From NCBI GenBank assembly GCA_001244265.2, contig CDLV01000008.1, forward strand, positions 1-64,000: a DNA stretch of 64,000 nt, given 5' to 3'. The stretch is from Microbotryum violaceum (lineage: Eukaryota). Made by a program: the position numbers and the translations under genes. Below, one piece after another: positions 1 through 15,996 of this stretch. Position 1 is the stretch's first letter, and every line of letters starts with the position of its first letter. The notes under the pieces were generated by a model, which was not told the DNA's origin, did not search any database, and saw only the letters and a list, made by a program, of their open reading frames with translations.

Positions 1-362
1 CTGGTTCTCCGTATCCCCAGTCGTGACTTTCTGTATACTCTCCCCCTTCTTTCTCTAGGCGCTCTTGCCTGGTTTTCGAGTATCTTTGCTCCCGCTCTTG
101 GGACGTTGAAGCGGCAGCAGTACTCACGCCCGTTGGAGTCCGCGTTAGGTGCTCGGCGGGTTTTGATCTGCGCAGCGCTCTTTGCGCGCAGGGGTTTGAC
201 TTTCACCCAACTGCTTGCCGTCGTTGCTTTATAACCTCTTTAGCTCTTTTTTGTAGCGGTCCGTCGTTGCTTTATAACCTCCTTTAGCTCTTTTTTGTAG
301 CGGTCCCAGCCAACCCGAAGGATTGCAATTTATGAGCCCCAGTCAAAAAAAAAAAAAAAAAA
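1..362 (+). mobile_element. Mirror copy of the LINE family A 3' UTR with poly(A) tail (345-362)
   Basis: Reverse complement of 10583-10900; ends ...ttatgagccccagtc followed by poly(A). Confidence 0.85.
218..304 (+). repeat. About 44-bp direct tandem duplication found only in the left arm
   Basis: ccgtcgttgctttataacctc(c)tttagctcttttttgtagcggt occurs at 218-260 and 261-304; the right arm has one copy at about 10641-10684. Confidence 0.9.
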
Positions 363-1087
363 ATTGAGATTGACTCGACGGTGACTCGCACTCTTTGGCT
401 TCGGGGTTCTGAGTCAAGGGAGGATCAGCAGACACAGGCAGAAAGTCGGCTTTGAGGGGCCAGGGACTGCTGAGGTGGAGGTTTTGAGGGGCCTCCACCG
501 CTCTTGTTGTGACCGAGCATAGACTTGGGACTTCGCGTGTCAAGGGTAGCTGCTCGTCGCTCTCCTGTCTTCGTCTTGACCGGGAAGTGGGGGCGGGGTG
601 GCCTCTTGTCGTTACGTCTTCCATCTAGTTCTTAGTGATTGCGCTCAGATCATCGCGTGGGTGCGTCGTCGAACCCTGTCCGTGCGACCGCCTCGCTCTC
701 GCCTTGCCTCGCCTCGCCTTCGTGATCTTCCCCTTCGGCCGAACCACCACCTCCATCCCAACTCTATTTCGTTCGGAGATGCATCGCTCGGTCCGCAAGA
801 GGGCCAGGAGCCCTCGCCCGTTCGCCCTCCTCAATGCTCACTGCACTGCACGCGCGTTGCCCCCTTCACCTGCTATGACGAGAGCGAAGATGACGAGGCA
901 TCTGTGGGCAGGTGAGGACGAAGGGTTAGCCTTGGACAACAAAAGCGAACGATCCGGCTACACGGAAGTTGAACGTGAGAATCTCGACGACGACGCGACG
1001 AACACGGGCCACACAGGGCGGTGGCCGCGGCGACGGCATGAACCAAGTCGCGGCGTTCAAGGCGAGCGCTTGCGCGGAGTGCCTCAT

Positions 1088-4000
1088 CGAGGAACGACTG
1101 TCGCGGCCGGTCTACGCCAAGTTCGCGGCACGGAGTTCGGATTCCAAGATCACAGCACTGCGATTGCCCAACGGGAGCTGACACATGACATTGACGTCGG
1201 CTTGACCACACACAGGCGCACTTTCAGCGCCTCTACAATTTCGAGCCGCGCGATCGGGACCACGTCGCAGCAACTTAGGGACGATTTCTTGGCGCGATCA
1301 GGGCGGCGCGCACTTGCGACGATCCGAGCTCAGACCGCTCTTTCTGCGAGACTCTCGGAAGCGCACATCGAGCTCTGCAGCAACCATCACGAGGACGAGT
1401 CGTAGCCGCAATCGCAACAACGCACCCCGGTCGATCGCCGGGTCCATCTGGCGTGCCCTACGAGCTCTATCACACAGCCGCGCGGGGTGGGCCAAGGCGC
1501 TGAGCGGGCTTTCAACGCGATGACGAGCGGGCTCGCTTTCACCGAAGCAGGGCAAGGACTCGTTCGCCTGCTCTTCAAGCATCACAGATCGGGGCCGATC
1601 GCGCCGAGCTCTCGTCGTACCGGCCATCACCTTGCGCGAGTGCGACTACAGGCTCTTCACCAAGGTCTACGTTGCGCGACTCAACCACGTGCTGCCGGAC
1701 CTGCTCCCACCGCAACAGCACGGCTTCGTCAAGGGCCGCCGATCGGCGGACGCGTCATTCACCTGCGCTCTTGATCGAGGAGCTGGGCGCGCCGGCACGA
1801 GTGTCCCTGACGCGGCGCTCTTGTCTCTTGACCAATCGTCGGCTTACGACCTCGTGAGCACGAATGGATCTTCGCCATCTTCGACGCTCTCGGCGCTCCT
1901 GCCACCTTCCAACGCGTTCTGAGGATGCTCTACTCGGGTGACTCGACCACGGCGCGATATATCATCAACGGCTTCTTGACTCCGCCGGTGCGGCTGACGT
2001 GTGGGCTCGGCCAAGGGCACCCGGCGTCGTCGTCGGTCTGGGATGTCGTGTTCCAGCCGTTCCTGGATGCTCTGCACCGTCGAGGCATCGCGCTGAACCT
2101 TTCGCTTCCTACCATTCACCCCTACCCACAGAGCCGCGCCATTACATCTCTTGCGTTTGCCGATGACGTCGTCGTCGCCGTCGCGGGCTCGGAGTCACTC
2201 ACCTTGCTCGACGACCTGGCGCTCGACTGGAGGCTCGCAACCAATGGCCGGCTCAACACCGACAAGACCGTCGTACTACCCATCGGGTGTCGCTGGGAGG
2301 CTGGCGATCGTCCGCTCGTCGTCAAGGCCGAGGCGAGTCGCTCGAGTGGATCGGCCTATCTTTCGACCCCACCGGCAACACCGAACTCGCCAAGGTGAAT
2401 CTCGTCGCACGGCTCGAAGCGGTGCTCGATTCGGCACGGGACCGGGGGCTCACACACCACACCGAGCGTTCTACGTCAACCGATACGCCATTCCAAGATT
2501 CTGCACATCCTCTCGCCGACATCCACCGCTCGAGGTCGTCAAGGAGCTTGATCGCATTCTCGTCGACTTTGTCCGCGGCGGCAAGAGAAGGTCGTGCTAT
2601 GGCAAGGACGTCGTCTTCACACCGAGGTTCAAGGGGGGTCTTGGGGTCATGCGGATGCAGGACGTCGTCGACTCGGTTGCGGCACGCGTCTGGGATGTGC
2701 TTCTTGGCGCGGTTCGGATGCGATCTGGCAGGGACTTGCGCGCGCGGCAATTGTACGAGCCCATCCCGCCCCCGACTTTGACTTGGCAACTGATGCGTGG
2801 CCTTGCGACTACACTCCGATCCGAACCGATCTACACCCAAGATGGCAGGCCGTGCTGAAGGTACCATCGACGCACAATGCGCAAGTCAAGCCGAGGACGT
2901 TGACGCTCGCGAATCTTCTCGCCCTTCCGATCAAGTTGCACACCCTTCACTACCTACGGGAGCACCAGCTGTGTCGCGATCACCCTACGACGTCGACTAT
3001 GCTGCGTTTGCCATTTACGCCAAGGTAGCGGACCTGTTTAGACGCGAGCTGTACCCGGGCGGGGGCTTTCATCTCTGGATGCCGCCGACGGATGTGGTCG
3101 TCAGCAACAGCGAATACGATCAACGGGGCCGCCCACAACGAGAGCACATTGTGGCATGGTACCGACATGCGATCAATCGATTAAGGTTCACACCAATAGC
3201 TCAACCGGTGGCGGCAGTACGAATCAACGGGCCTCCCGAGTCCGCCCCACCACGCCGCTCGAGTCGATCCTGCCCCATCCGATCGACCCGCCGCAGCGCC
3301 TCCCGAGACCGGCTCTCCCAGACCAATCAACACAATACAACTTGCTCAGCATGGATCGGCCATACACCATCCGTCGCGTCCGCCGAGTCTTGAATGCAAA
3401 GGCCTTCACCGACACGATCAGTTTCAGGGACTCGCTGCAGCCCGACGATATCAAGGGATTCTGGAAGGGGGTCAACTCGAAGGCATTGACGGCGAGGGAA
3501 CGCGAGGTGTGGTTCAAGCTCGTCAGGAACTTCACCCCGACTCGGAGTCTGCAGTTTCATCAAAAGCACGACGACTCGCCCGCGTGCCTCGTCTGTGGAG
3601 CACCCAAGGACGATCGGGAGCACTACTTCTTCGACTGCGTTGACTCTGGAACGTTTGGATCGCGGCAAGGAGCGTGCTCTGCGACGCACTGGGGCTCGAC
3701 ACGATCGACAACACGCATTACACGGCTGTTCAACGCATGTTCGGACTTCCGAAGCTCAAGGCCAGTCTGCGCGATCAAGAAGGAGCGGGGAGGACGATGA
3801 AATATTCACCGGGCTGGTCTTGGAGATGATCAGCAGCGGGAGGTGGGGGATGCAGAAGTGGGGGATGAGGATGGAGGGTGTTGTGAGGAGGAGGATCATC
3901 TTGGAGGAGAGGTTGAAGCTGAGGGCGGGAGGAGCTTGGGGAGGAGAGGGCAGTAGAGGCTGGGTTCGACTTTCCCCCACCACCACCACACACACACACC

Positions 4001-4123
4001 AAATTCTTGTGACATCATTTTCTCCTACTGTACACTAAATAGATCGCTTTCATCTTTCATTTGTTACAGGTTCACCGTTGCGGATCATGGACCATCTCGC
4101 GATTTGGCGTCGACTCGGTGTGG
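1088..4123 (+). mobile_element. Mirror copy of LINE B1 (RT plus C-terminal zinc finger), heavily frameshifted
   Basis: Fragments [38 protein letters not shown] and CLVCGAPKDDREHYFFDC are spread over several frames; reverse complement of 6785-9845. Confidence 0.9.
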
Positions 4124-5434
4124 GTTAGCACGAGGTCCCAGCTGGATCATGTTCGTGCCAGAGGCACGAGAGTTCAATGCGGCAGGCCCACCGTGCTTTC
4201 CATTCTTTCCAGCAACTCGGAAGCCGGTGGTCGAAGTCAAAGTCGAAGTCGAGGCCCCCGGAACAAGGGCGGCGGTGGCCGGAGTCGAAACCGGCTTCCT
4301 GCAAGCCCCCACTGGTGTCCGGCGCGATTGCACACGGCGCAGTAGTGCGTCTCAAATTCGTGTCGCAAGCCGTACTTGGCGCCCAGGATCTCGATCTCTT
4401 GTGGCAAGGCGGCGTTGAGCGCAGCCTTCTGCGTCTCGGTGGAGCCTTGGAAAAGATCAGCATGTAAGCGAAGGTACGTGCAGTGGAACCCGTCTTCGGT
4501 CATGGCCATCGGGTCACCGTTTGGATCGACCGCGAGGCCCCGCTGTAATTGCATGAGGGTATACCCTTGCGTGCAACCAGCGTGGCCGAAGGAGGAAGTG
4601 AGGGCAGCGTCGAGAGATTTTCGGAGCACGGAAGCGGGAATCGCGCTGGAAGAGGAGGGTAAGGTGAATCGCACCTGGACGATGTGGTTTAGGGGGAAAC
4701 ACTCGGAGCTCGGTGACCATCTCTTTTCCATGATAGGGGAATGGACCCGCTGCAGCGGCTTCGAGACAGGCCTGGTCGGATTCGAACACGAGATCGTACA
4801 TATGACGAGCAATCGGGAACCTCTTCGTTGCCTTCGTCACGATCGGGTTCAGCTTCACACATTTCGAGAAGAGCTTCTCGACCTCGGGGTCAAGCTCGGC
4901 GCCCTTGGGCCGCGCGAACATGAATGGCGTCTCGGCCAGCCCAAAGTGCTTACGCAGCGCAATCTGTACAGGGCCTCTTGGGGACCAGGTACCATCCATG
5001 CTGACTCGGATCACGTTGGAGGCCGGCATCGCGTCGTTTCGTACCGCCCTTTGAGCAGCTCGTGCGAGAGCCGGCGCCTGCGAAGGCGGGCTGGAAGGGT
5101 CATACAACAGTACCATCAGCCGGCGGGTCGACTTGGAGGATGCTACGATGCCAAGGGCTTTGAAAGCCTTCTGCATCGACTTCTCATGGTCCAATCGAGC
5201 CTGAGAAGCCTGGGCAGACCAGGCTGGAGGATTAACGGTTCCTCCAGTGACCGTCTCACGGGTTTCCGTGTTGAGTGATTCATCTCTCAACACGTCACCA
5301 GCCCACGGAGCGTTGGGCGGGTGCAGGGTGGGCCGGGCGGATCCGGCATCACTTCTTGTAGTCGTCCTGTAGCTCTTGAAGCGGTTGCTGGGCGACTGTA
5401 CACACTACACGACGGTACACACTTTGTGTGTGCC
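4122..5434 (-). mobile_element. Mirror copy of the 5' part of LINE family A (5' UTR plus ORF1 N-terminal part)
   Basis: Reverse complement of 5471-6786; ORFs 4514..5293 and 4237..4812. Confidence 0.8.
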
Positions 5435-5470
5435 CGAGCCTGGAACACGAATTCGAGTGCAAAGGTCTGA

Positions 5471-6784
5471 GGCACACACAAAGTGTGTACCGTCGTGTAG
5501 TGTGTACAGTCGCCCAGCAACCGCTTCAAGAGCTACAGGATGACTACAAGAAGTGATGCCGGATCCGCCCGGCCCACTCCTGCACCCGCCCAACGCTCCG
5601 TGGGCTGGTGACGTGTTGAGAGATGAATCACTCAACACGGAAACCCGTGAGACGGTCACTGGAGGAACCGTTAATCCTCCAGCCTGGTCTGCCCAGGCTT
5701 CTCAGGCTCGATTGGACCATGAGAAGTCGATGCAGAAGGCTTTCAAAGCCCTTGGCATCGTAGCATCCTCCAAGTCGACCCGCCGGCTGATGGTACTGTT
5801 GTATGACCCTTCCAGCCCGCCTTCGCAGGCGCCGGCTCTCGCACGAGCTGCTCAAAGGGCGGTACGAAACGACGCGATGCCGGCCTCCAACGTGATCCGA
5901 GTCAGCATGGATGGTACCTGGTCCCCAAGAGGCCCTGTACAGATTGCGCTGCGTAAGCACTTTGGGCTGGCCGAGACGCCATTCATGTTCGCGCGGCCCA
6001 AGGGCGCCGAGCTTGACCCCGAGGTCGAGAAGCTCTTCTCGAAATGTGTGAAGCTGAACCCGATCGTGACGAAGGCAACGAAGAGGTTCCCGATTGCTCG
6101 TCATATGTACGATCTCGTGTTCGAATCCGACCAGGCCTGTCTCGAAGCCGCTGCAGCGGGTCCATTCCCCTATCATGGAAAAGAGATGGTCACCGAGCTC
6201 CCGAGTGTTTCCCCCTAAACCACATCGTCCAGGTGCGATTCACCTTACCCTCCTCTTCCAGCGCGATTCCCGCTTCCGTGCTCCGAAAATCTCTCGACGC
6301 TGCCCTCACTTCCTCCTTCGGCCACGCTGGTTGCACGCAAGGGTATACCCTCATGCAATTACAGCGGGGCCTCGCGGTCGATCCAAACGGTGACCCGATG
6401 GCCATGACCGAAGACGGGTTCCACTGCACGTACCTTCGCTTACATGCTGATCTTTTCCAAGGCTCCACCGAGACGCAGAAGGCTGCGCTCAACGCCGCCT
6501 TGCCACAAGAGATCGAGATCCTGGGCGCCAAGTACGGCTTGCGACACGAATTTGAGACGCACTACTGCGCCGTGTGCAATCGCGCCGGACACCAGTGGGG
6601 GGCTTGCAGGAAGCCGGTTTCGACTCCGGCCACCGCCGCCCTTGTTCCGGGGGCCTCGACTTCGACTTTGACTTCGACCACCGGCTTCCGAGTTGCTGGA
6701 AAGAATGGAAAGCACGGTGGGCCTGCCGCATTGAACTCTCGTGCCTCTGGCACGAACATGATCCAGCTGGGACCTCGTGCTAAC

Positions 6785-6786
<2 letters not shown>
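5471..6786 (+). mobile_element. 5' part of LINE family A: short 5' UTR and ORF1 (MPDPPGP...) with a CCHC knuckle
   Basis: ORFs 5553..6218 and 6044..6823 join across a C-run frameshift near 6200-6215. They carry a CX2CX4HX4C knuckle (CAVCNRAGHQWGAC). The last 57 nt (6730-6786) are identical to the 5' end of element A at 15940-15996. Confidence 0.8.
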
Positions 6787-10216
<3,430 letters not shown>

Positions 10217-10309
10217 TCACGAAGGCGAGGCGAGGCAAGGCGAGAGCGAGGCGGTCGCACGGACAGGGTTCGGACGACGCACCCACGCGATGATCTGAGC
10301 GCAATCACT

Positions 10310-10572
10310 AAGAACTAGATGGAAGACGTAACGACAAGAGGCCCACCCCGCCCCCACTTCCCGGTCAAGACGAAGACAGGAGAGCGACTGAGCAGCTACC
10401 CTTGACCCGCGAAGTCCCAAGTCTATGCTCGGTCACAACAAGACGCGGTGGAGGCCCCTCAAAACCTCCACCTCAGCAGTCCCTGGCCCCTCAAAGCCGA
10501 CTTTCTGCCTGTGTCTGCTGATCCTCCCTTGACTCAGAACCCCGAAGCCAAAGAGTGCGAGTCACCGTCGAG
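10310..10572 (-). mobile_element. Diverged B-related 3' UTR segment, probably the 3' part of the internally deleted element C
   Basis: Clearly similar to 20410-20830 (gtcacaacaagacgcggtg, cagtccctggcccctcaaagccgactttctgcctgtgtc). Removing element A and one target-site-duplication (TSD) copy joins it directly to C ORF2. Confidence 0.6.
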
Positions 10573-10582
10573 TCAATCTCAA

Positions 10583-13500
10583 TTTTTTTTTTTTTTTTTT
10601 GACTGGGGCTCATAAATTGCAATCCTTCGGGTTGGCTGGGACCGCTACAAAAAAGAGCTAAAGGAGGTTATAAAGCAACGACGGCAAGCAGTTGGGTGAA
10701 AGTCAAACCCCTGCGCGCAAAGAGCGCTGCGCAGATCAAAACCCGCCGAGCACCTAACGCGGACTCCAACGGGCGGTGAGTACTGCTGCCGCTTCACGTC
10801 CCAAGAGCGGGAGCAAAGATACTCGAAAACCAGGCAAGAGCGCCTAGAGAAAGAAGGGGAGAGTATACAGAAAGTCACGACTGGGGATACGGAGAACCAG
10901 GAATACTAAGACAGAGAGGAGGGGAACACACCCGAGGGGCCAAGGTAGGGGGTCGAAGCCGGAGGTAGAGGTCCCCAGGGACTAACAGGCCGCAGCCAAG
11001 CCCCAGCTACTCGTCACCCCGACAGCGCCTGATGTCCTCCCTTGGCTGAATCTCGAGTGCTGGCTGTTGAGCCGTCGGGGCCGAGAGAAAAGCGATCCAG
11101 TACAACGAAACGAGCCTCGCCTTGACGCGAGGATATTGACCAGAAACGAGCGACCTTCCTTCCCGAGCCATGCCGTAGATCTTGACCAACGCGAACGAAC
11201 GAACCATTCGACGGAATCCAACACACGGCTTAGGAGTAAAAGGAGAAGTGGCTGAAGCGTAGTCAACAACCGAGCAACAGGAACGAGAAGAGGAAGGGAA
11301 GGGAAAAAAGGGGGGAAAGGAGAGGGAAAAACTTCACAAAGCCTCCAACGCAAAGACAATCGACCTGGCTTGCCGATCCATCCAAGAACAAAAAAAACCG
11401 CTACTGCGCAAAGTAGAGAGAGAGAGGGAGAGGTGCGCAGCCTTCCACTGCGCAACAAGTTTCGAGACAGTCAGTTTCTAAAAGAGGAGTCGACCTCCGA
11501 AAAAGAAGGGAGGAAAGGAGGGGAGGAAAATGGGAAGGAAGGACTTAACTCGGTCATCACACCTCCCAATCTCGAGCCCCAGGCACAAAACCCGCTCGAG
11601 AGAGAAAATCTCGCTCGAACGCTCTGAGTGCACTGGGGAGCGAGGGAGGGGCCACGACGCGGTCCTTCTCGAACCGCTGGTGGACGTGCCAGCGGAGCAG
11701 GTGCAGCCGCTGGAAGCCGATCGCGCAGGCCAGCCGAACCCACATCCATCTCGAGGTCGTTCTCCCACGACCCCGCAAAAGGGGGAGCCCCATAGTCAGC
11801 TGCTCCGGAGTGAACGTCGACGGATCGACGTCGGTATCCTCGATGCCCAGCTTGTCGAACAGAATGCGAAGCACCCCACCCCAGAAGCTGGTCGAGTACG
11901 CGCACTCGAACAAGTAGTGCGACACCGTCTCGATGACCGCTACATCGTTGCCGCAGAACAGACACGTCGGCGAAGAGGCATGACCCTGAGTATGCTGCCT
12001 CTTGCGCGTCGGTGTCGGGCCGTACATGAGCCGCCAGTGGGTGTCCTGCTCCACAGCAGACGCGAACCGGTCATGAAGCCATCTCCAGAAGCGCTTCCTA
12101 TCGCTTTGAGAAGTCCCATCACGGAAACGCTTGATACGATCCTCCCTCCCTGGGAACCGAACCACGTTCACAAGCCGACGAAGCTTGCGAATAGTGAACG
12201 GTCGGGTGAGCCCAAAGAAGTTGAAGCACCGAGGACGGGGAGCCTCCTTGAGAGGTATCCGAGCAGGTCGCAACGCGGTCTTGGGCAGCAAGGCTTTCGC
12301 CTTGAGCAACTGACCCACGCGCGACCACACGTGCTCGTGCTGTAGGGCGGGTTCCTTAGAGTGCTGCCAGAACCCGCGTCGATGACCAACCAGAGCCCAG
12401 CCCTTCCCTTCGTCCCTCCAGTACAGGTCCGCGATCTGCGCAAACTTCGCCACTGCGTCCGCATCGTCGTATGCGTGCTTGGCACCTTCAGCATAGAGTG
12501 AAGGGAGGCGAGGCGGAAGCGAGAGCAATTCGGGGAGCGTAAGGAGTTCGGACTTGATGGTTGGAAATGTGACCCTGGCCGCTGCAACGACTGCCCCCCA
12601 GCGCGTCGAGTCGCGATACAGCTTCTCGAGCCGAGCCGTGCTGCTGAAGAACCCCCACGGACTGAAATCGCGGGTCGCAGCGACGAGTGACCTCCAGCTC
12701 TCGCGAGCTAGGGGCGCCCAGATCGCCTCGTTCGAGCCCGCCACAGCATCCCAAAACCGAAGCGCCACCGAATGAACGATGTCGCCGATTGAAATCAAGC
12801 CCAAGCCACCGTCCTCCCGAGCCTGGAACACGAATTCGCAAGCGACGGTGTTTTGCCGCGGCCCTCCCCAGACAAAGTCCGTCAGTGCCGTCTCCGCCGC
12901 CTGAATGAACCATTGAGGCGGTATGTCGAACGACAGCACGTGCAGGACCGTCGAGGTGATGTGGGCGTTCGCATAGAAAACCCTCCCACTCGGCGAAAGC
13001 GTCCGGTCTCGAGCGGCGCGGGCCTTGGCCTTGATCCTGTCAAGAACATGGGTCCAAAACAGTTTCGAGTCACCATGGCGAAAGAAGGCATAGCCGCACC
13101 ACTTGAAGCTCTCCCCCTCCTGCACCGTTGGCAGCGCCTGCGCAGTCTCGTCCCGAAGCCAGTTCGGTCCGAGTGGTAGCACCAGCGTCTTGTCCGTGTT
13201 GGTCTTCCCGTTGGTTGCCTCTTACCACGTCTGCGACAGCGTTTCCAGCTTCGACAATGCCGCCGGTGACTCCATCACCACCACAGCATCGTCGGCAAAC
13301 GCCAGATGCGTAAGCTGCGCACGCGGCCCCCCTGGCCACACCTTCTGCAGGTCGAGCGCGATCCCGCGCCGAACGAGGGCGTCGAGGAAGGGCTGGAACG
13401 TGATGTTCCAAACCGGGCACGAGAGGGGATCCCGCACCCCCAGAGTCTCGGGATCGTACAGAGCGCGCAGCAGGGAAATGAAACGCTCACCAAAGCCAAA

Positions 13501-15996
13501 GGCCTCGAAGACGTCGAAGATCCATGCGTGATCGACCCGATCGTACGCGCTCTGCTGATCCAAGGACAAGAGGGCGCCCTCGGGGAAAACTTCAGTGCCT
13601 AGCGACTTGAGTTTTTCGAGAAGGAGAGTGAGATGACTTCCCGCGTCTGCTGAACGTCTTGATGGCATGAACCCGTGTTGCGCCGGCGGCAAAAGCTCGC
13701 CGAGCACCCCATTGAGTCGCGCCACCAAGACCTTGCTGAGGACCTTGTAGGTCGTCTCGCGCAGTGTGATCGGTCGATATGCCCCCAGTGATTTCAGATT
13801 GGCCCCCGGTTTGTTCTTGGGCAAAAGCCGCACCAGCCCCTCTGCCAAGGACGCCGTCATTTTACCCCCTCCCAAATCGAGTTGAACAAATCCAACAGCT
13901 TGGGAGCAAAGTAGGTTGGCAGCGCCTTGAAGAGCTCGTACGGAATGCCCGAGGGCCCCGGTGATCGCCCCGAATCCGTCTTCTTCAACGCCGCTTCAAC
14001 CTCGAGGAGGGTGAAGGGCTCGTCAAGCGCCACTCTCGCTTGACGAGGCAGCCGACGACCGAACGTAGGGTCCGAGCGGTCGTCATCGTAGCATTTCGCT
14101 GCGCGAATAGGGTCGAGCAGGGACCGACGTGTGTTCGTCGGGTCGCCACGAGCTGGGTCCGGCGTGAAGAGCGACTGTGCGTGCCGTGAAGCAATGCCCA
14201 GCGCCTCCTGCATGTCAACGGTCTCGGTGCCATCCACATCCTCCAGCGAGACGATGCTCGTCTGGCGACTCCGGCGGTTGAGACGCGTGCGAATGCTTGC
14301 CGATTGACCTTCCCTCGAGTCGACTGACGGCACATGCGCACGAATGCGCAGCCACTGAGCCTCCTTTACCGCCAACTGGTCCAACCGCGACTTGGCAAAA
14401 GCATACGCATCGCGCTCGGCCTCATTCATGTGCTCACCGCGTGCCTCCAAAGCCTCCATGACGGATTGGCTCTCGGCCCGCAGTCGGCGCATGTCGGCAC
14501 GAGTCGAGCGGTATCGTGCATGGCCAGCGACTGCAACCGCCCGCAGAGCGGCGTCATAGACGTCGCCGAGCGGAGCGGTCCCCTCGAGCCTTCGATAGAC
14601 CTCGTCGACGACCCCGGGAATCGATGCGACAAAGTCTTGATCGTCAAAGACCGTTGGGTTGAGCCTCGAAATGAAATCGCTCGTAGAGGGAAGAGAAAGG
14701 GGGGTTCGGCATCAGCGTTCGACGTAGGCAATGCGAAAGTCGCAACTACAGGTCTGTGGTCCGAACAGGGCGCGTCGAAGAGCGTAGAAGCGCTCAACAA
14801 CCGGTTTGCCCAACTGCATTGGACAAGAATATAGTCGATCCGCGACCACGAGCAAATCTTTCGCTCCTCCCCTCTACCACGGTAGTGAGGACGAGTGAAT
14901 GCGGGGGTGCAAGATTGGACATGTCGGACCGTGTCGAGTGCCTTGAACGCGATCTTTGACAGCAAGGTCTGCCAGTGCGATACAGGAGTCCAAGCGCGAT
15001 CGGTGATGGACACTCGGTCGACCGATACATCCGGACAATCATTGAGATCGCCGGCCAAGATCCGAAGAGTCTTGGGTCTCGGGGCGTTGAAATGCAGGAG
15101 CCCGAAGAAGTCGCGACGATCGTCCTCCTGTACCGGCGCGTACATGTTGATGATCTCAACATCGAGCTCCTCAAGACGAAACACCGAGCGCAGAATCCGA
15201 CCGTCGAGACGAGGAGCTCCTGCAAAGACGACCGGGGTAGAGGAAAGGAGATGGCCCGCCAAAGGTGAGCCATCGGGTATGAGGGTAAGGACATGAGGAG
15301 TGAAACGAATACAAGCCCCTGGCCAAGCACTCTCGAAGCCTTCGCGCGACGCGTTGTAGCTGAGGTGGTGCTCTTGCAGGAGAATGGCCGCAGGGGCCGG
15401 CCGAAGGGTTTTGAGATAGCGGATGATTTTGACTTGGTTGACTGCGTTCTTGATCGATCGGACGTTGAACGTTAACACGGTGAGGGACTCAATCATGAAT
15501 AAATTGGATCAGCGCCGCCCCCCTCGAATTCGGTCATCTCGGACCTGTGACCCCCTGAACTGTTGCCCCTGAGCCGTCACCCCCTGATGCACCGAGGATC
15601 ATGGCGGATCCCGCCCGGGTGACACGTCGGTTGCCGGGTGCCGAGCTCGAACGAAGGCGTCGAGGACTCGTCGAGGCTATCGAGGTCGTCGAGGTTGCCG
15701 ATGATTCCGACGTGCCACCGGACAAAGGCGATGCCGGAGCAGAAGCAGAAGGCGAAGGAGAGGTCGGGGTCGAAACGGGCGCCGCTGTCGTCGTCTGCGT
15801 CTCCTTTGTTGGGCCCGTGGTCGCACGGGTCAACGTCTCTTTCCCAGTGTCGCCGCCCTCCGGTTCGGTCGAAGCGACCGATTCGCCGCCGCCGTCGTCG
15901 TCGTTCGCATCGTCCTTGTTGCCGGTCGCTGCACCTGCGGGGTTAGCACGAGGTCCCAGCTGGATCATGTTCGTGCCAGAGGCACGAGAGTTCAAT
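10583..15996 (-). mobile_element. LINE family A, 5'-truncated: ORF1 tail, ORF2 (APE-RT-zinc finger), about 950-bp 3' UTR, poly(A), 9-bp TSD TCAATCTCA
   Basis: Poly(T) at 10583-10600 on the + strand. TCAATCTCA at 10573-10581 and 15992-16000. The ORF1 tail ends at 15534 and ORF2 starts at 15496. Confidence 0.92.
11557..15496 (-). pseudogene. Family A ORF2: AP endonuclease, reverse transcriptase and CCHC zinc finger; frameshifted, with an in-frame deletion in RT
   Basis: APE motifs TFNVRS, LLQEHH, NMYAP, AGDLND, SRIDYILV and SDHRPV. RT motifs [29 protein letters not shown] and FADD. Also GGLGL and CLFC...HYLFEC. Spread over ORFs 14426..15496, 13857..14492, 13222..13875 and 11557..13182. Confidence 0.92.

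Noticed and set aside
240-345. Twister-like words (TAAC..., GGTCCCAGCC) in the A 3' UTR, and HDV or hammerhead ribozymes at element ends
   Set aside because: I could not build the required stems and pseudoknots by eye. A covariance-model search would be needed.
4376-5278. Long antisense ORFs over LINE and host genes (4376..5278, 16234..17241, 21221..22360, 37731..38720)
   Set aside because: Shadow ORFs of GC-rich coding sequence on the other strand, with no domain features.
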